Notes under the pieces: generated by a model
Databases searched by the model: none
What the model was told of the DNA's origin: nothing
Seen by the model: only the letters and a program-made list of their open reading frames with translations
Program-made: the position numbers and the translations under genes
In this document: piece after piece, positions 1-10,389 of the stretch
How positions within the stretch are numbered: position 1 is the stretch's first letter
Layout: each line of letters starts with the position of its first letter
Assembly: GCA_965227515.1 (NCBI GenBank)
Contig: CBDDFZ010000001.1
Location: forward strand, 2,688,001 to 2,752,000
DNA: 64,000 nucleotides
DNA from: Alphaproteobacteria bacterium
GTDB taxonomy: Bacteria > Pseudomonadota > Alphaproteobacteria > CALKHQ01
Direction of reading: 5' to 3'

Positions 1-2255
1 CTGGAGACGGCGCGCCCGCCGGTGCTGGCAATCTCCATCTGATAGCCGTCGAAATAGCCGCCGGTCATGGTCATCTGCGGCAGCGACAGGGCCAACGACA
101 TCAGGTCGTTCTCGGAAAGCTTGACGGTGCCGTTCGCGTCGAGCGCGCCGAATACCAGTGTATGGCGCACCGTCGTGCCGCCCTCGCCGCCGAAATCGAT
201 TTCCAGCGACGGTGTCTCGGACGGCGTGATGCTGATCATGGAGGGTTGGTCGATCTCCACATCGCCGTCGACGTTCAGATAGTCGAAGCGGAACAGAGCC
301 GGCTCGTCGAACCAGATCGACAGCAGGCCGTCGCTGACGCCGATGTGCCCGACCACATCGCCGGACATGCCGTCGATGTCGACGTCGTCGACCTCCAGCC
401 CGGACTCGAAGAAGGTGAAGTCGATGGGGCCGGCCAGGCCATCGGCGGTCTCGGCCAGGGCGAACTGGCCGGCCAGCCGGCCGATCTCAAGGTCCAGGTC
501 GTCGGCCCTGACCGAAACGCCGGAGAGCGCGGTCGACAGGTCCACATCGATGCCGTTCTCGTCATAGGTGACGCTGCCGGCGGCCTCGGCGATGCCGATC
601 ATGGCGCCGGGCAGGTCGAGCTCGGCGGCGAACACGGCTGCGTCGCTGAGCGCGATCCGTGGGGAGTCCCCCAGCAATGCCTGGCCGGTCGCCTCGATGG
701 CCAGGATCGGGCCGGTGCCGGTGGCCGCCACGATGCTGAGGTCGCCGTCCAGGCGCGGCACCTCCGCACCCAGGTCCAGCGACAGGCGCATCGGCCGCCC
801 GCCGCGGCCCTCCAGCGTCATGCTCAGGTCGTTGGCCCAGGCGGCGGCGCGCGCCTGCGCATCCGGGTCGCCGTCGCCGGCATCTGACAGCAGGCCGGCC
901 AGCAGCGCCGGGTCGATGTGGGCGGCGGCCAGCTCCAGCGGCGCATCGGCCTCCACAACCGCGCGGTCCTCGGCCGGTGCAATGGTCACCGCGCCGATGG
1001 ACGAGGCGCCCGTCACCATGCCCGGAATGGTCACGTCATTGACGATCCAGCTCAACTCGCCGATCGGCTGCAGCGCCTCCAACGCCTCGCTGTCGTCAGC
1101 CAGCGAGGCCAACACGGCAAGTGCCGGCAGGGTGGCGGACAGGGACGCCGAGACGGTTGCCTCGCCGGCGACATCCTCGCCCAGGTCGACCAGCGGCCAC
1201 AGCAGGTTGCGCCCGCTTGTGGACACGGTGACCACCACGTTGGCACGTCCGCCGCCCATGAGGTCGGGCGCGTTCAGCGCGATCGCGATGGTGGAGGCGC
1301 CATCGGCGGCGGTGCCCTCCACGCTCAGGTCGACCGCACGTCCATCGGTCGTCAGGTCGACCCTCACGTCGGTCAGGGACAGACCAGGGGTGCCGTCGCG
1401 CGCCATCAGGTCATCGGACAGCAGGCCGGGCGGCAGCAGGTCGGGGGGCAGGTCCAATCCGGCGGCCCTCAGCGATGCGGCAACCGACGGCCACAGGTCG
1501 CCCGACCATTCCACGTCGACGTCGCCGGTTGCCCCCTGCACCGAGATGCCTTCCATCGAGAGGCTGACATTGTCCAGCACGACCGAGCCGTCATATGTGC
1601 CGCCGCTGGTGATCGCCATCTCGATCTCGGCGTCGAAATTCAATGCCTCCGACAGCGCCAGCACCGTCCCGGCGATGTCGAGCGTGCCTTCGTCGCGTTC
1701 CGAAACAGTGCCGTCGATGGCGGCCAACATGCGGCCATGGGGCGTGTCGACCTCCACCGAACCGTCCTCGACCGCGATCTCGCGAAACGGCAGCAGGTCG
1801 TCGCCCTCGGCCGGGACCATCGAGGCCGGGGCGAGCGCCTCGTCGTCGCCCTCCGGATCGAACATGCCGTCCAGCGACCCCAGCGACAGCTCGTAGTCCT
1901 CGTTCAGGGTGGCCTGCAGCACCGGCCGCACCGCCCGGAACACCAGGTCCTGCACGTCCAGGTCGATCAGGTCGGTGATGCTGTAGTTGAGGTCGATGCG
2001 CTCGGCGATCAGTTCGTCGTTGTCGCCGATACGCACGTCGGAGACGGTGGCGCCCCCCGGGCCGACCGCATTGATGACCAGACGCGGATTGGGCAGGCGC
2101 GCGTTTTCCAACGCGTCGACGACAATGTCCTCGCCATACTGGTCGACCGCGACATAGGCGCCGGCGACCACGACGACCACCAGGCCGCCCAGTCCCCCCA
2201 GAGTCCACCACAGCCAGCGCAAGCGTCGCCGGCCTTTCTTCGCCTCGTCAGTCAC
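1..2255 (-). CDS. YdbH/AsmA-like intermembrane lipid-transport family protein (3' end lies outside the window)
   Basis: Not in the ORF track because it is open at the window edge. Translated by hand from GTG 2255: MTDEAKKGRRRLRWLWWTLGGLGGLVVVVVAGAYVAV... (basic N-terminus plus one TM anchor), followed by long beta-strand-rich sequence. The + strand ORFs here are antisense shadows. Confidence 0.6.
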   Translation of the reverse strand, partial: MTDEAKKGRRRLRWLWWTLGGLGGLVVVVVAGAYVAVDQYGEDIVVDALENARLPNPRLVINAVGPGGATVSDVRIGDNDELIAERIDLNYSITDLIDLDVQDLVFRAVRPVLQATLNEDYELSLGSLDGMFDPEGDDEALAPASMVPAEGDDLLPFREIAVEDGSVEVDTPHGRMLAAIDGTVSERDEGTLDIAGTVLALSEALNFDAEIEMAITSGGTYDGSVVLDNVSLSMEGISVQGATGDVDVEWSGDLWPSVAASLRAAGLDLPPDLLPPGLLSDDLMARDGTPGLSLTDVRVDLTTDGRAVDLSVEGTAADGASTIAIALNAPDLMGGGRANVVVTVSTSGRNLLWPLVDLGEDVAGEATVSASLSATLPALAVLASLADDSEALEALQPIGELSWIVNDVTIPGMVTGASSIGAVTIAPAEDRAVVEADAPLELAAAHIDPALLAGLLSDAGDGDPDAQARAAAWANDLSMTLEGRGGRPMRLSLDLGAEVPRLDGDLSIVAATGTGPILAIEATGQALLGDSPRIALSDAAVFAAELDLPGAMIGIAEAAGSVTYDENGIDVDLSTALSGVSVRADDLDLEIGRLAGQFALAETADGLAGPIDFTFFESGLEVDDVDIDGMSGDVVGHIGVSDGLLSIWFDEPALFRFDYLNVDGDVEIDQPSMISITPSETPSLEIDFGGEGGTTVRHTLVFGALDANGTVKLSENDLMSLALSLPQMTMTGGYFDGYQMEIASTGGRAVS

Positions 2256-2344
2256 CCTGTCCGGTCCACGCGGTTCCTGGCATCACAAGACTTACCGATC
2301 CTTCATGGATCGTCGTCGCAGCCAGCGACAGATGCAAGCCGTAC

Positions 2345-2418
2345 CTAGTGTGGAGGTTTCGAAGCTCGCATGATCCCGGCGACAGGCGCCGTTGCGGACT
2401 TCGGACCCGGAACACTAG
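2345..2418. repeat. Degenerate CTAGTG...CACTAG palindromic element (single unit)
   Basis: ctagtgtggaggtttcgaagctcgca...tgcggacttcggacccggaacactag. Same ends and GAAG(T/C)TCG / CG(A/G)ACTTC arms as the element at 13848-14013. Confidence 0.6.
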
Positions 2419-2494
2419 TGCGACCGGACAGTTTCAGGGCGAATCATGCCGAAAAAGCGGCAATGGTGGCCGAACAGGCCAAACCGGAAGAACG

Positions 2495-3262
2495 CTAGAA
2501 CCCGCCGAACGCCCAGATCAGCAGCAGGACGATGACGAAACCGGCGACCGCGCCGACCCATACATAGGGGTTCATGGCGGACGCCGGCTGGGCGGCCTGG
2601 TCCGGCGGCGGGGCCAGCGGTCCGTCGGATGGCGGCTGCGGCGCCGGCTCATCGGGCTCGGTCGTCGGCGTGTCGCTGCCTGCCGGCGGCTCCGCCGAGG
2701 GCGGCGGTGGCGGTGGCGGCGCCTCCGGTGCCGGCTTGGCCTCGGCGGCCGCGGGCGGCGCGGCTTCTGCGGCGGGCGCCGGTGCGGCGTCGTCCGCGGC
2801 ATCGCCGCCACTGCCGGCCGAGCGCGATTCCACGACCTCGGCGAACTTGGCGAAGAACTGGCCGGCCATCTTCTTGGCGGTGCTGTCGATCAGGCGCGAG
2901 CCGATCTGCGCCAGCTTGCCGCCCACCGAGGCGTTGACCTCGTACTTCAGCAGGGTCGCGCCGCCATCGTCTTCCAGATTGACCTTGGCGCCGCCCTTGG
3001 CGAAGCCGGCAGCACCGCCCTTGCCCTCGCCGGAGATGGTGTAGCCGTTCGGCGGATCGATGTCGGACAGGGTTACGGCGCCGGAGAACTTCGCCGACAC
3101 CGGCCCGACCTTCGCCTTCACCGTGGCGGTGAAGTCGGTGTCGCCCTCCTTGGTCAGCTCCTGGCAGCCGGGAATGCTTTCCTTCAGCACCTCCGGGTCG
3201 TTCAACGCTTCCCACACCGCCTCGCGCGACGCTTCGATCCGGTGTTCGCCGGTCATATCCAT
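2495..3262 (-). CDS. coxG: CoxG-like SRPBCC protein with Pro/Ala linker and C-terminal TM anchor
   Basis: MDMTGEHRIEASREAVWEALNDPEVLKESIPGC...VGGKLAQIGSRLID motifs; low-complexity P/A linker; hydrophobic C-terminus. Confidence 0.85.
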   Translation of the reverse strand: MDMTGEHRIEASREAVWEALNDPEVLKESIPGCQELTKEGDTDFTATVKAKVGPVSAKFSGAVTLSDIDPPNGYTISGEGKGGAAGFAKGGAKVNLEDDGGATLLKYEVNASVGGKLAQIGSRLIDSTAKKMAGQFFAKFAEVVESRSAGSGGDAADDAAPAPAAEAAPPAAAEAKPAPEAPPPPPPPSAEPPAGSDTPTTEPDEPAPQPPSDGPLAPPPDQAAQPASAMNPYVWVGAVAGFVIVLLLIWAFGGF

Positions 3263-3316
3263 GGCGGTCTATCCCTCCAACTGCTGGGCCGATCGCTTCG
3301 ACCGGATTTCATAAGG

Positions 3317-5461
3317 TTATGCAGCGGCGTGCGGCCGGGCAAGTCGCGATCGCCAGATACCGAACGCGAACAGCAACACGAACGCCACCGCGCCGGCCAA
3401 ATGGACCCACAAAGTCGTCGGCCAGAACAGGGCGAACGCGACCGCGGCCATCAGCAGGCGCTCGACCAGCGACAGCCGGTATTCCAGATAGCCCTCGATC
3501 GCGCCGATGGCGGCGTACAGGCCCAACATGCCGAACGCGAACACCACCACCGCCTCGCCCCAGTCGCCGGAAAGGATGGGGGAGTACGCGAACAGCAGCG
3601 GCACCAGGTAGATGCCCTTGGCGATCTTCCAGGCTGACAGACCGGTCGCCATCTGCGGGGTCTTGGCGATGGAGGCGGCGGTGAAGGCACACAGGCACAC
3701 CGGTGGCGTGACGTTGCTGTCCTGCGACAGCCAGAAGATGATCATGTGCGCCGACAACAGCGCCGTGGTGATGACGGCCGGCGACAGCGTCTCTTCCTGC
3801 ACCATGCCGAAGAGCTCGCGCGGCAGCGCGGCGATGATCTGGGCCGCTTCCGGCTCGGTCAGTGGGCGTTCCAGCAGCGGCAGCAGGTCCGGCGCGCTCA
3901 GCATCAGCCCCGCGTGTACCGTGCCGGGCAGGTTGCCGGCCACGAAGGCGTCGAGCAGCGCCTGCTCGGTGATCAGCTCGGCGATGGCCGGCGCGGCCAA
4001 GGTCGCGGTCACGATGTAGGCGGCGGTCACCGGCAGGCCCATGCCGAGCACCAGGGAGGCCAGCGCCACCAGCACGATGGTCAGCAGCAGGCTGCCGCCA
4101 GCCCACTGCGTCAGCATCAGCGAGATCGTGTTGCCGATGCCGGTCGTCTGCACCGTCAGCACGATGCCGCCGACCGCGACCAGCACCACGGCCGTGGTGG
4201 TCATGTTGCGCGCGCCCATCACGACGGCGGCGAAGATGCGATCCGGCGTCATGCGGTGCGGGGTCAGCCACGAGACGGCGATGACCGCCAGGATGCCGGC
4301 GCCGGCCGCATATGGTGGGGTGTAGCCGGCGACCAGCAGGCCGATCAGCACGCCGATGGGCACGATGAACGTCAGCCCCCGCCGCGCCACGAGCTGGCCG
4401 AGGCTCGGCACATCGTCCGCCGGGATTGGGCGCAGGTTCTGTTTCTTGGCTTCGATGCGCACGAACAGCGCGACCGACAGGAAGTACATCAGCGCCGGCA
4501 GTGCCGCGACGGCGATGATGGTGGTGTAGGGGATGGCGGTGAAGGTCGCCATGATGAAGGCGCCGGCCCCCATGATCGGCGGCATCAGTTGGCCGCCGGT
4601 CGACGCCGATGCCTCGACGGCGGCGGCGAACCGGGCCGGGAAGCCGGACCGCTTCATCAGCGGAATGGTGATGATGCCGGTGGCGGCGGTGTTGGCGATG
4701 GCGCTGCCGGAGATGGTGCCCATCAGGCCGGAGCTGATGACGGCGACGTAGCCGGGCCCGCCGATCAGCCGCCCCGCGACGACATTGGCGAAGTCGATGA
4801 TGAAGGCGCTGGCGCCCGATGCCACCAGGAAGGCGCCGAACAGGATGAACATGAACACGCTGGTGGCCGAAATCAGCGCGATCTGCCCGAACAGGCCCTC
4901 GTCGGTGTAGAACGCGCGAAAGACCGTGTTCTCCAGCGACAGGCCGGGGAAGTGGAGCATGCCGTCGATCCACTGGCCCCACAGCACCAGGTAGCTCAGC
5001 GCGACGAGCACGATGATCGGGATCACCCAGCCGGTCGACCGGCGCGCGATCTCCAGCGCCAGCACCAGGCAGGCGCAGGTGGCGATCCAGTCCAACGGCG
5101 CCAAGTCGGTGCCGCGGGCATAGATCGCGCTTTCGCCCCAGGCGACGTAGAGCGGTGCGGCGATGGCAAGAATGGCCAGCGGCACGTCCAGCCACAACAG
5201 GCGGCGGTTGCTCAACGCCCCCGGGCCGCGCAGCGCCGGATAGAACAGCACGCCCAGGCAGCCGAAGCCGGCGAAATGGATCGCCGTCTTCCACAGGTCC
5301 GGCACGATGCCGATGGTGTTCCAGTAGATGTGGGCCGCCACCAGCGCGCCGGCGACAACGCCGGCGAATGCCAGCAACTCGACCGGCAAGGACCGCTGCG
5401 TCAGGTCGTATTCTGATGGAGCCTCGGCCGTGGACCGTTCGGTCTCGGTGGCGTCAGTCAA
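3317..5461 (-). CDS. TRAP transporter fused 4TM/12TM permease (TAXI type)
   Basis: Polytopic protein with GTISGSAIAN, EASASTGGQLMPPIMGAGAFIMA, LGMGLPVTAAY and SNVTPPVC motifs. Confidence 0.9.
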   Translation of the reverse strand: MTDATETERSTAEAPSEYDLTQRSLPVELLAFAGVVAGALVAAHIYWNTIGIVPDLWKTAIHFAGFGCLGVLFYPALRGPGALSNRRLLWLDVPLAILAIAAPLYVAWGESAIYARGTDLAPLDWIATCACLVLALEIARRSTGWVIPIIVLVALSYLVLWGQWIDGMLHFPGLSLENTVFRAFYTDEGLFGQIALISATSVFMFILFGAFLVASGASAFIIDFANVVAGRLIGGPGYVAVISSGLMGTISGSAIANTAATGIITIPLMKRSGFPARFAAAVEASASTGGQLMPPIMGAGAFIMATFTAIPYTTIIAVAALPALMYFLSVALFVRIEAKKQNLRPIPADDVPSLGQLVARRGLTFIVPIGVLIGLLVAGYTPPYAAGAGILAVIAVSWLTPHRMTPDRIFAAVVMGARNMTTTAVVLVAVGGIVLTVQTTGIGNTISLMLTQWAGGSLLLTIVLVALASLVLGMGLPVTAAYIVTATLAAPAIAELITEQALLDAFVAGNLPGTVHAGLMLSAPDLLPLLERPLTEPEAAQIIAALPRELFGMVQEETLSPAVITTALLSAHMIIFWLSQDSNVTPPVCLCAFTAASIAKTPQMATGLSAWKIAKGIYLVPLLFAYSPILSGDWGEAVVVFAFGMLGLYAAIGAIEGYLEYRLSLVERLLMAAVAFALFWPTTLWVHLAGAVAFVLLFAFGIWRSRLARPHAAA

Positions 5462-5615
5462 CGCGCACTCCGCAATTCACACCCCGGCCGATGCCGCCCC
5501 TCTCATTGCCGCCCCTCTGATTGCCGTCGATAAGAACGGCCGCTGCCGCGGCGCACGGCTTGCGCGCGATCTGTGGGCAACGGCCGTTCATTCGTCGATG
5601 CGCCCGAGCGCCCTG

Positions 5616-6659
5616 CTACGGCAGCAGGTTGTCGGGGATGTCGAGCCCGACTTCCTGGTAGTAGCGCACGGCGCCCGGATGCAGCGGCAGCGGCAGGCCG
5701 GCAATCGCCTTTTCCAGCGCCATGACCTGGGTCGCGGCATGGATGTTCTGGATGAAGTTCAGGTTCTCGTAGATCGTCTTGGTGATCTGGTAGACGTGGT
5801 CGTCCGACACATCCTGGCTGACGGCCAGGAAGTTCGGCTGGGCGATGGTGTTGATGTCGGCTTCCTGGCCCGGATAGGTGCCGGCCGGGATCGTGTAGCG
5901 GGTCCACAGCTCCGGCAGCTCGCCATTGGCGCCCACGACCTGCTCGTCGGTGAAGTCGAGCACGGTCAGGCCGTCCATCGACGCCATGGCGCGGGTGACG
6001 GCGGAGACCGGGACGCCGGCGGGCGTGTTCATGCCGGCGACATTGCCGTTCAGCATCGCATCGACGGTGGAGGAATAGCCGCCCGCGTCGACAAGGTTCA
6101 TGGCGTCCAGGTCAAAGCCCAGATTGCCCAGGATGGTCAGGCCGGAGCCCTCGGTGCCGGAATTCTGCCGGCCGATGGCAAACGGCGCGTCGCCCAGGTT
6201 GTTGAGGTCGGAGATGTTGCCGCTGGCCACGTATTCGCTGGTCACGACCATGTGCTCGACGTTCTGCCACAGCATGGTGACCGAGCGCAGGTTGGCTTGC
6301 GGACCGTCGGCCTCCATGGCGCCGGTGCCGGTCGCGGCCCAGGCGCCATACAGGCCTTGCAGAATCGCGAACTGGGCATCGCCGTCGCGCAGCAGCGCCA
6401 CGTTCTCGCCCGATCCGGCCGAGCTGATCGCCGACATGGTCAGTTCGCCGGCCGGCTCCAGCTTCACCTTCACCAGCGTGGCCAGCGCCACGCCCACCGG
6501 ATAATAGGTGCCGCCGGTGGTCGCGGTGGCCAGGATATAAGACGCCTTGTCCTGCGCCTGCGCGCTGCCGATTGCGGTCGCCGCGGCCAGCAGTGCCGCG
6601 CCGCCGGCGGTCAGTGCCCGGCGTGTCAGGCTGTAACCGTTGGGGTCTTGCATCGACAT
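5616..6659 (-). CDS. TAXI-family TRAP solute-binding protein
   Basis: ATATTGGTYYPVG, SAGSGEN, NSGTE and PLHPGAVRYY motifs; RR-containing signal peptide; start moved to ATG 6659, which follows a GGGAGGA RBS. Confidence 0.9.
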   Translation of the reverse strand: MSMQDPNGYSLTRRALTAGGAALLAAATAIGSAQAQDKASYILATATTGGTYYPVGVALATLVKVKLEPAGELTMSAISSAGSGENVALLRDGDAQFAILQGLYGAWAATGTGAMEADGPQANLRSVTMLWQNVEHMVVTSEYVASGNISDLNNLGDAPFAIGRQNSGTEGSGLTILGNLGFDLDAMNLVDAGGYSSTVDAMLNGNVAGMNTPAGVPVSAVTRAMASMDGLTVLDFTDEQVVGANGELPELWTRYTIPAGTYPGQEADINTIAQPNFLAVSQDVSDDHVYQITKTIYENLNFIQNIHAATQVMALEKAIAGLPLPLHPGAVRYYQEVGLDIPDNLLP

Positions 6660-6920
6660 TTCCTCCCTTTGAACGCTGTCAGGGCACGCGCGCGGGGCCA
6701 ATCCATTGCCCGCGCGACGCTACCCGGTTGCCATCGACCTATCGTGACACCGCCGTGGTGGCAAGGCAATTCCGGGACATCCGCCAAGCACCCCGGCGGC
6801 CGGCCGGTTCGCCGGTGGCATGGCCCGGAAATGGGCAGGTTTGCTATGGCCCTGCGCGGCACGGCACTATATAAGGCCGCTGCCGGGACGCAGCTTCACT
6901 GACTCGTAACAGGGGTAGAA

Positions 6921-8393
6921 ATGACGAGGAATCGCTGGCGCGACATGACCCGACTGTTGCCTGCCGCCGCCACCGTCCTCGTCTGTCTGATCCTCAGCGG
7001 CGGAGGCGCATGGGCGGCCGAATCAGGCACCCATGACCTGGTCCCGCATCTCGATGGCGGCGAGCTGGGCCTGATCTGGATCGTGCCGTTCGTCGGCATC
7101 CTGTTGTCGATCGCGCTGGTTCCGCTGATCGCGCCCGATTTCTGGCACCACCATTTCGGCAAGATCAGCGCCGGCTGGGCGCTTTTGTTCCTGGTGCCGT
7201 TCGCGTTCATCTTCGGCCTGGACCTCACCATCTACGAGGTTCTGCACGTCGCCTTCCTCGAGTACATCCCGTTCATCATCCTGCTGTTCTCGCTGTTCAC
7301 GGTGGCGGGCGGCGTGCGGGTGACGGGCACCCTGCGCGGCACGCCTGCTGTCAACACAGGCCTGCTGCTGATCGGCACCATCATCGCAAGCTGGATGGGC
7401 ACCACCGGTGCCGCGATGCTGCTGATCCGCCCGATGCTGAAGGCGAACGAGTGGCGCCAGCGCAAAGTGCACGTGGTCGTGTTCTTCATTTTCCTGGTCG
7501 CCAATATCGGCGGCTCGTTGACCCCGCTTGGCGACCCGCCGCTGTTCCTGGGCTTCCTGAAGGGCGTGGAGTTCTTCTGGCCGACCACCCACATGCTGCT
7601 GCCGATGGTGATGGTGTCGGCGATCCTGCTGGTTGTCTTCTTCGTGATCGATTCGATCATGTACGCCAAGGAGAAGGACAAGGCGCCGCCGCCGCGCCGG
7701 AAGGGGGCCTCCGAAGAGAAGCTGGGCCTGGAGGGCGGCATCAATATCCTGCTGCTTGGCGGCGTGGTCGGCGCGGTGCTCTTGAGCGGCATCTGGAAGT
7801 CGGGCGTGGCGTTCGACGTCTACCACGTGCACATCGAGCTGCAGAACGTGGTGCGCGACGTGCTGCTGGTGGGGATTGCCTTCCTGTCGCTGTGGCTGAC
7901 CAACAATGCCAGCCGCAGCGCCAACGGCTTCACCTGGTTCCCCATCGTCGAGGTGGCGAAGCTGTTCGCAGGCATCTTCGTCACCATCATCCCGGCGATC
8001 TCGATCCTGCGCGCCGGCCTGGACGGTGCGCTGAGCGACGTCATCTCCGCCGTCTCCAGCGAGACCGGCGAGCCGGTGAACGCGTCCTATTTCTGGCTCA
8101 CGGGTATCCTGTCCAGCTTCCTGGACAACGCGCCGACCTACCTGGTGTTCTTCAACACCGCGGGCGGCGACGCGCAGTTGCTGATGGGCGATCTCGCCGC
8201 GACCCTGCTGGCGATTTCGGCCGGCGCGGTGTTCATGGGCGCCAACACCTATATCGGCAATGCGCCGAACTTCATGGTCCGCTCCATCGCCGTGCAAAGC
8301 GGGGTGAAGATGCCCAGCTTCTTCGGCTACATGGGCTGGTCCATCGTCTTCCTGCTGCCGATCTTTGCGTTGGTGACGATTGTATTCTTCTAG
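6921..8393 (+). CDS. Putative Na+/H+ antiporter (IT superfamily)
   Basis: GTTGAAMLLIRP, NIGGSLTPLGDPPLFLGFL, SSFLDNAPTY and TYIGNAPNFMV motifs; many TM helices. Confidence 0.85.
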   Translation: MTRNRWRDMTRLLPAAATVLVCLILSGGGAWAAESGTHDLVPHLDGGELGLIWIVPFVGILLSIALVPLIAPDFWHHHFGKISAGWALLFLVPFAFIFGLDLTIYEVLHVAFLEYIPFIILLFSLFTVAGGVRVTGTLRGTPAVNTGLLLIGTIIASWMGTTGAAMLLIRPMLKANEWRQRKVHVVVFFIFLVANIGGSLTPLGDPPLFLGFLKGVEFFWPTTHMLLPMVMVSAILLVVFFVIDSIMYAKEKDKAPPPRRKGASEEKLGLEGGINILLLGGVVGAVLLSGIWKSGVAFDVYHVHIELQNVVRDVLLVGIAFLSLWLTNNASRSANGFTWFPIVEVAKLFAGIFVTIIPAISILRAGLDGALSDVISAVSSETGEPVNASYFWLTGILSSFLDNAPTYLVFFNTAGGDAQLLMGDLAATLLAISAGAVFMGANTYIGNAPNFMVRSIAVQSGVKMPSFFGYMGWSIVFLLPIFALVTIVFF

Positions 8394-8426
8394 TGGCCGC
8401 GGTCCGGCGATACGGGGCCTCGGCAT

Positions 8427-9992
8427 ATGGGGGCCACGGCCGTGCATGACCGCATTCTGATCCTCGACTTCGGCAGCCAGGTCACCCAGCTCATCGCGCG
8501 TCGGGTGCGCGAGGCGGGGGTCTACAGCGAAATCCTGCCTTACAACGTGGACGTCGAGCGCATCACCTCATTCGCGCCGAAGGGCATCGTGCTCTCCGGC
8601 GGGCCGGCGTCGACGGTGGGCGAGGCGGCCCCGATGCCGCCGCCGGTGGTGTTCGAGATGGGCGTGCCGGTGCTGGGCATCTGCTATGGCGAGCAGGCGA
8701 TGTGCGCGCAGCTCGGCGGCGCCGTGGAGGTGGGCGACCATCGCGAGTTCGGCCGCGCCGAGGTGTCGGTACAGGAAGACTGCGCGCTGTTCGAGGGCGT
8801 TTGGATGCCGGGCGACAAGCGGCCGGTGTGGATGAGCCATGGCGACCGGGTGACGGCGCTGCCGGCGGGCTTCAAGCCGGTGGCGACCAGCCGCGGCGCG
8901 CCGTTTGCCGCCATCGCCGACGAGGCGCGCAGCTACTACGGCGTGCAGTTCCACCCGGAGGTGGCGCACACGCCGGACGGGGCCGACCTGCTGCGCAACT
9001 TCGTGCGCAACGTGGCTGGTTGCACCGGCGACTGGACGATGGCCGCGTTCCGGGAAGAGGCGATCGCCGCCATTCGCGCCCAGGTCGGCACGCAAGGCCG
9101 GGTCGTCTGCGGGCTCTCCGGCGGGGTCGATAGCTCGGTCGCCGCGGTGCTGATCCACGAGGCCGTCGGCGAACAGCTCACCTGCATCTTTGTCGACCAC
9201 GGCCTGCTGCGCGCCGGCGAGGCGGAGGAGGTGGTGCGCCTGTTCGGCGACCACTACAACATCCCGCTGGTCCATCGCGACGCAACCGACCTGTTCCTCG
9301 GGCGGCTGGACGGCGTCGACGACCCGGAGCGCAAGCGCAAGATCATCGGCGAGACCTTCATCGATGTCTTCGACGAAGAAGCGTCCAAGATCGGCGGGGC
9401 CGGGTTCCTCGCCCAGGGCACGCTCTACCCCGATGTGATCGAATCGGTGTCGGCCATCGGCGGGCCCAGCGTCACCATCAAGTCGCACCACAATGTCGGC
9501 GGCCTGCCCGAGCGCATGCACATGAAGCTGGTGGAGCCGCTGCGCGAGCTGTTCAAGGACGAGGTGCGCACCTTGGGCCATGAATTGGGCCTGCCGCAGC
9601 GACTGATCGGCCGCCACCCGTTCCCGGGGCCGGGGCTGGCGATCCGCATTCCCGGCGCGATCACGGCGGACAAGCTGGAGATCCTGCGCAAGGCCGACGC
9701 GATCTACCTGGAGGAAATCCGCGCCGCCGAACTCTACGACGAGATCTGGCAGGCGTTCGCCGTGCTGCTGCCCGTGCGCACCGTCGGCGTGATGGGCGAC
9801 AACCGCACCTACGACCATGTCTGCGCGCTCAGGGCGGTCACCTCCACCGATGGCATGACCGCCGACAGCTACCCCTTCGAGCACGCCTTCCTGGCTCACG
9901 TGGCAACAAGAATTGTCAATGAAGTCAAGGGGATTAACCGCGTGACTTACGACGTCACATCAAAGCCGCCCGGCACCATCGAGTGGGAATAA
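8427..9992 (+). CDS. guaA: GMP synthase (glutamine-hydrolysing)
   Basis: [44 protein letters not shown] and C-terminal [10 protein letters not shown]. Confidence 0.98.
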   Translation: MGATAVHDRILILDFGSQVTQLIARRVREAGVYSEILPYNVDVERITSFAPKGIVLSGGPASTVGEAAPMPPPVVFEMGVPVLGICYGEQAMCAQLGGAVEVGDHREFGRAEVSVQEDCALFEGVWMPGDKRPVWMSHGDRVTALPAGFKPVATSRGAPFAAIADEARSYYGVQFHPEVAHTPDGADLLRNFVRNVAGCTGDWTMAAFREEAIAAIRAQVGTQGRVVCGLSGGVDSSVAAVLIHEAVGEQLTCIFVDHGLLRAGEAEEVVRLFGDHYNIPLVHRDATDLFLGRLDGVDDPERKRKIIGETFIDVFDEEASKIGGAGFLAQGTLYPDVIESVSAIGGPSVTIKSHHNVGGLPERMHMKLVEPLRELFKDEVRTLGHELGLPQRLIGRHPFPGPGLAIRIPGAITADKLEILRKADAIYLEEIRAAELYDEIWQAFAVLLPVRTVGVMGDNRTYDHVCALRAVTSTDGMTADSYPFEHAFLAHVATRIVNEVKGINRVTYDVTSKPPGTIEWE

Positions 9993-10004
9993 GCGAGAGG
10001 CAAC

Positions 10005-10037
10005 CAGGCTTGTATTGACAATGTCAATACAAGCCTG
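10005..10037. promoter_or_regulatory. Perfect 16-bp inverted repeat containing TTGACA; probable toxin-antitoxin operator/promoter
   Basis: CAGGCTTGTATTGACA-A-TGTCAATACAAGCCTG between guaA and the DUF1778 gene. Confidence 0.75.
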
Positions 10038-10095
10038 CATATCCCTGGTCATGGCAGAAATTCACTCATCACAATCCAACCGCCAGGGGGAAAAC

Positions 10096-10389
10096 GTGAC
10101 CGTTGCCGAGCGTGCGTCCGCAGCCGACCGAAAGGGCGCCATCAACCTGCGCATCGAGGCGCAGACGCGCCAACTGATAGATGAGGCAGCGGCCGTGGTC
10201 GGCAAGACCCGCACCGAGTTCATGATCGAAAGCGCCCGCCAGCAGGCGATCGACATCCTGCTCGATCAGAGGCTGTTTCAATTGGACGACAGCCGCTTCG
10301 CCGCGTTCATGGAAGCCCTCGACAAACCGCCGGCACCTGGGCCCAAGCTGCGCGCATTGCTGAGCCGCACCCCGGCCTGGGAGAAGTGA
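10096..10389 (+). CDS. DUF1778 ribbon-helix-helix antitoxin (TacA/AtaR type)
   Basis: RKGAINLRI...LIDEAAAVVGKTRTEFMIESA...LD...F..ALDKPP..GPKLRALL; GTG 10096 follows AGGGGG; GTGA overlap with the toxin gene. Confidence 0.9.
   Translation: MTVAERASAADRKGAINLRIEAQTRQLIDEAAAVVGKTRTEFMIESARQQAIDILLDQRLFQLDDSRFAAFMEALDKPPAPGPKLRALLSRTPAWEK

Noticed and set aside
67-2348. Several long + strand ORFs (162-887, 568-1896, 918-2348)
   Set aside because: Shadows of the minus-strand YdbH-like gene, which the ORF track omits because it is open at the window edge.
2495-3262. coxG as evidence for CO oxidation
   Set aside because: No coxLMS in the window; orphan CoxG-like genes are common.
3309-5416. Arg-rich overlapping ORFs over the TRAP permease (similar ones occur at 21183-23234 and 40475-42709)
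   Set aside because: Alternative-frame artefacts of GC-rich DNA.
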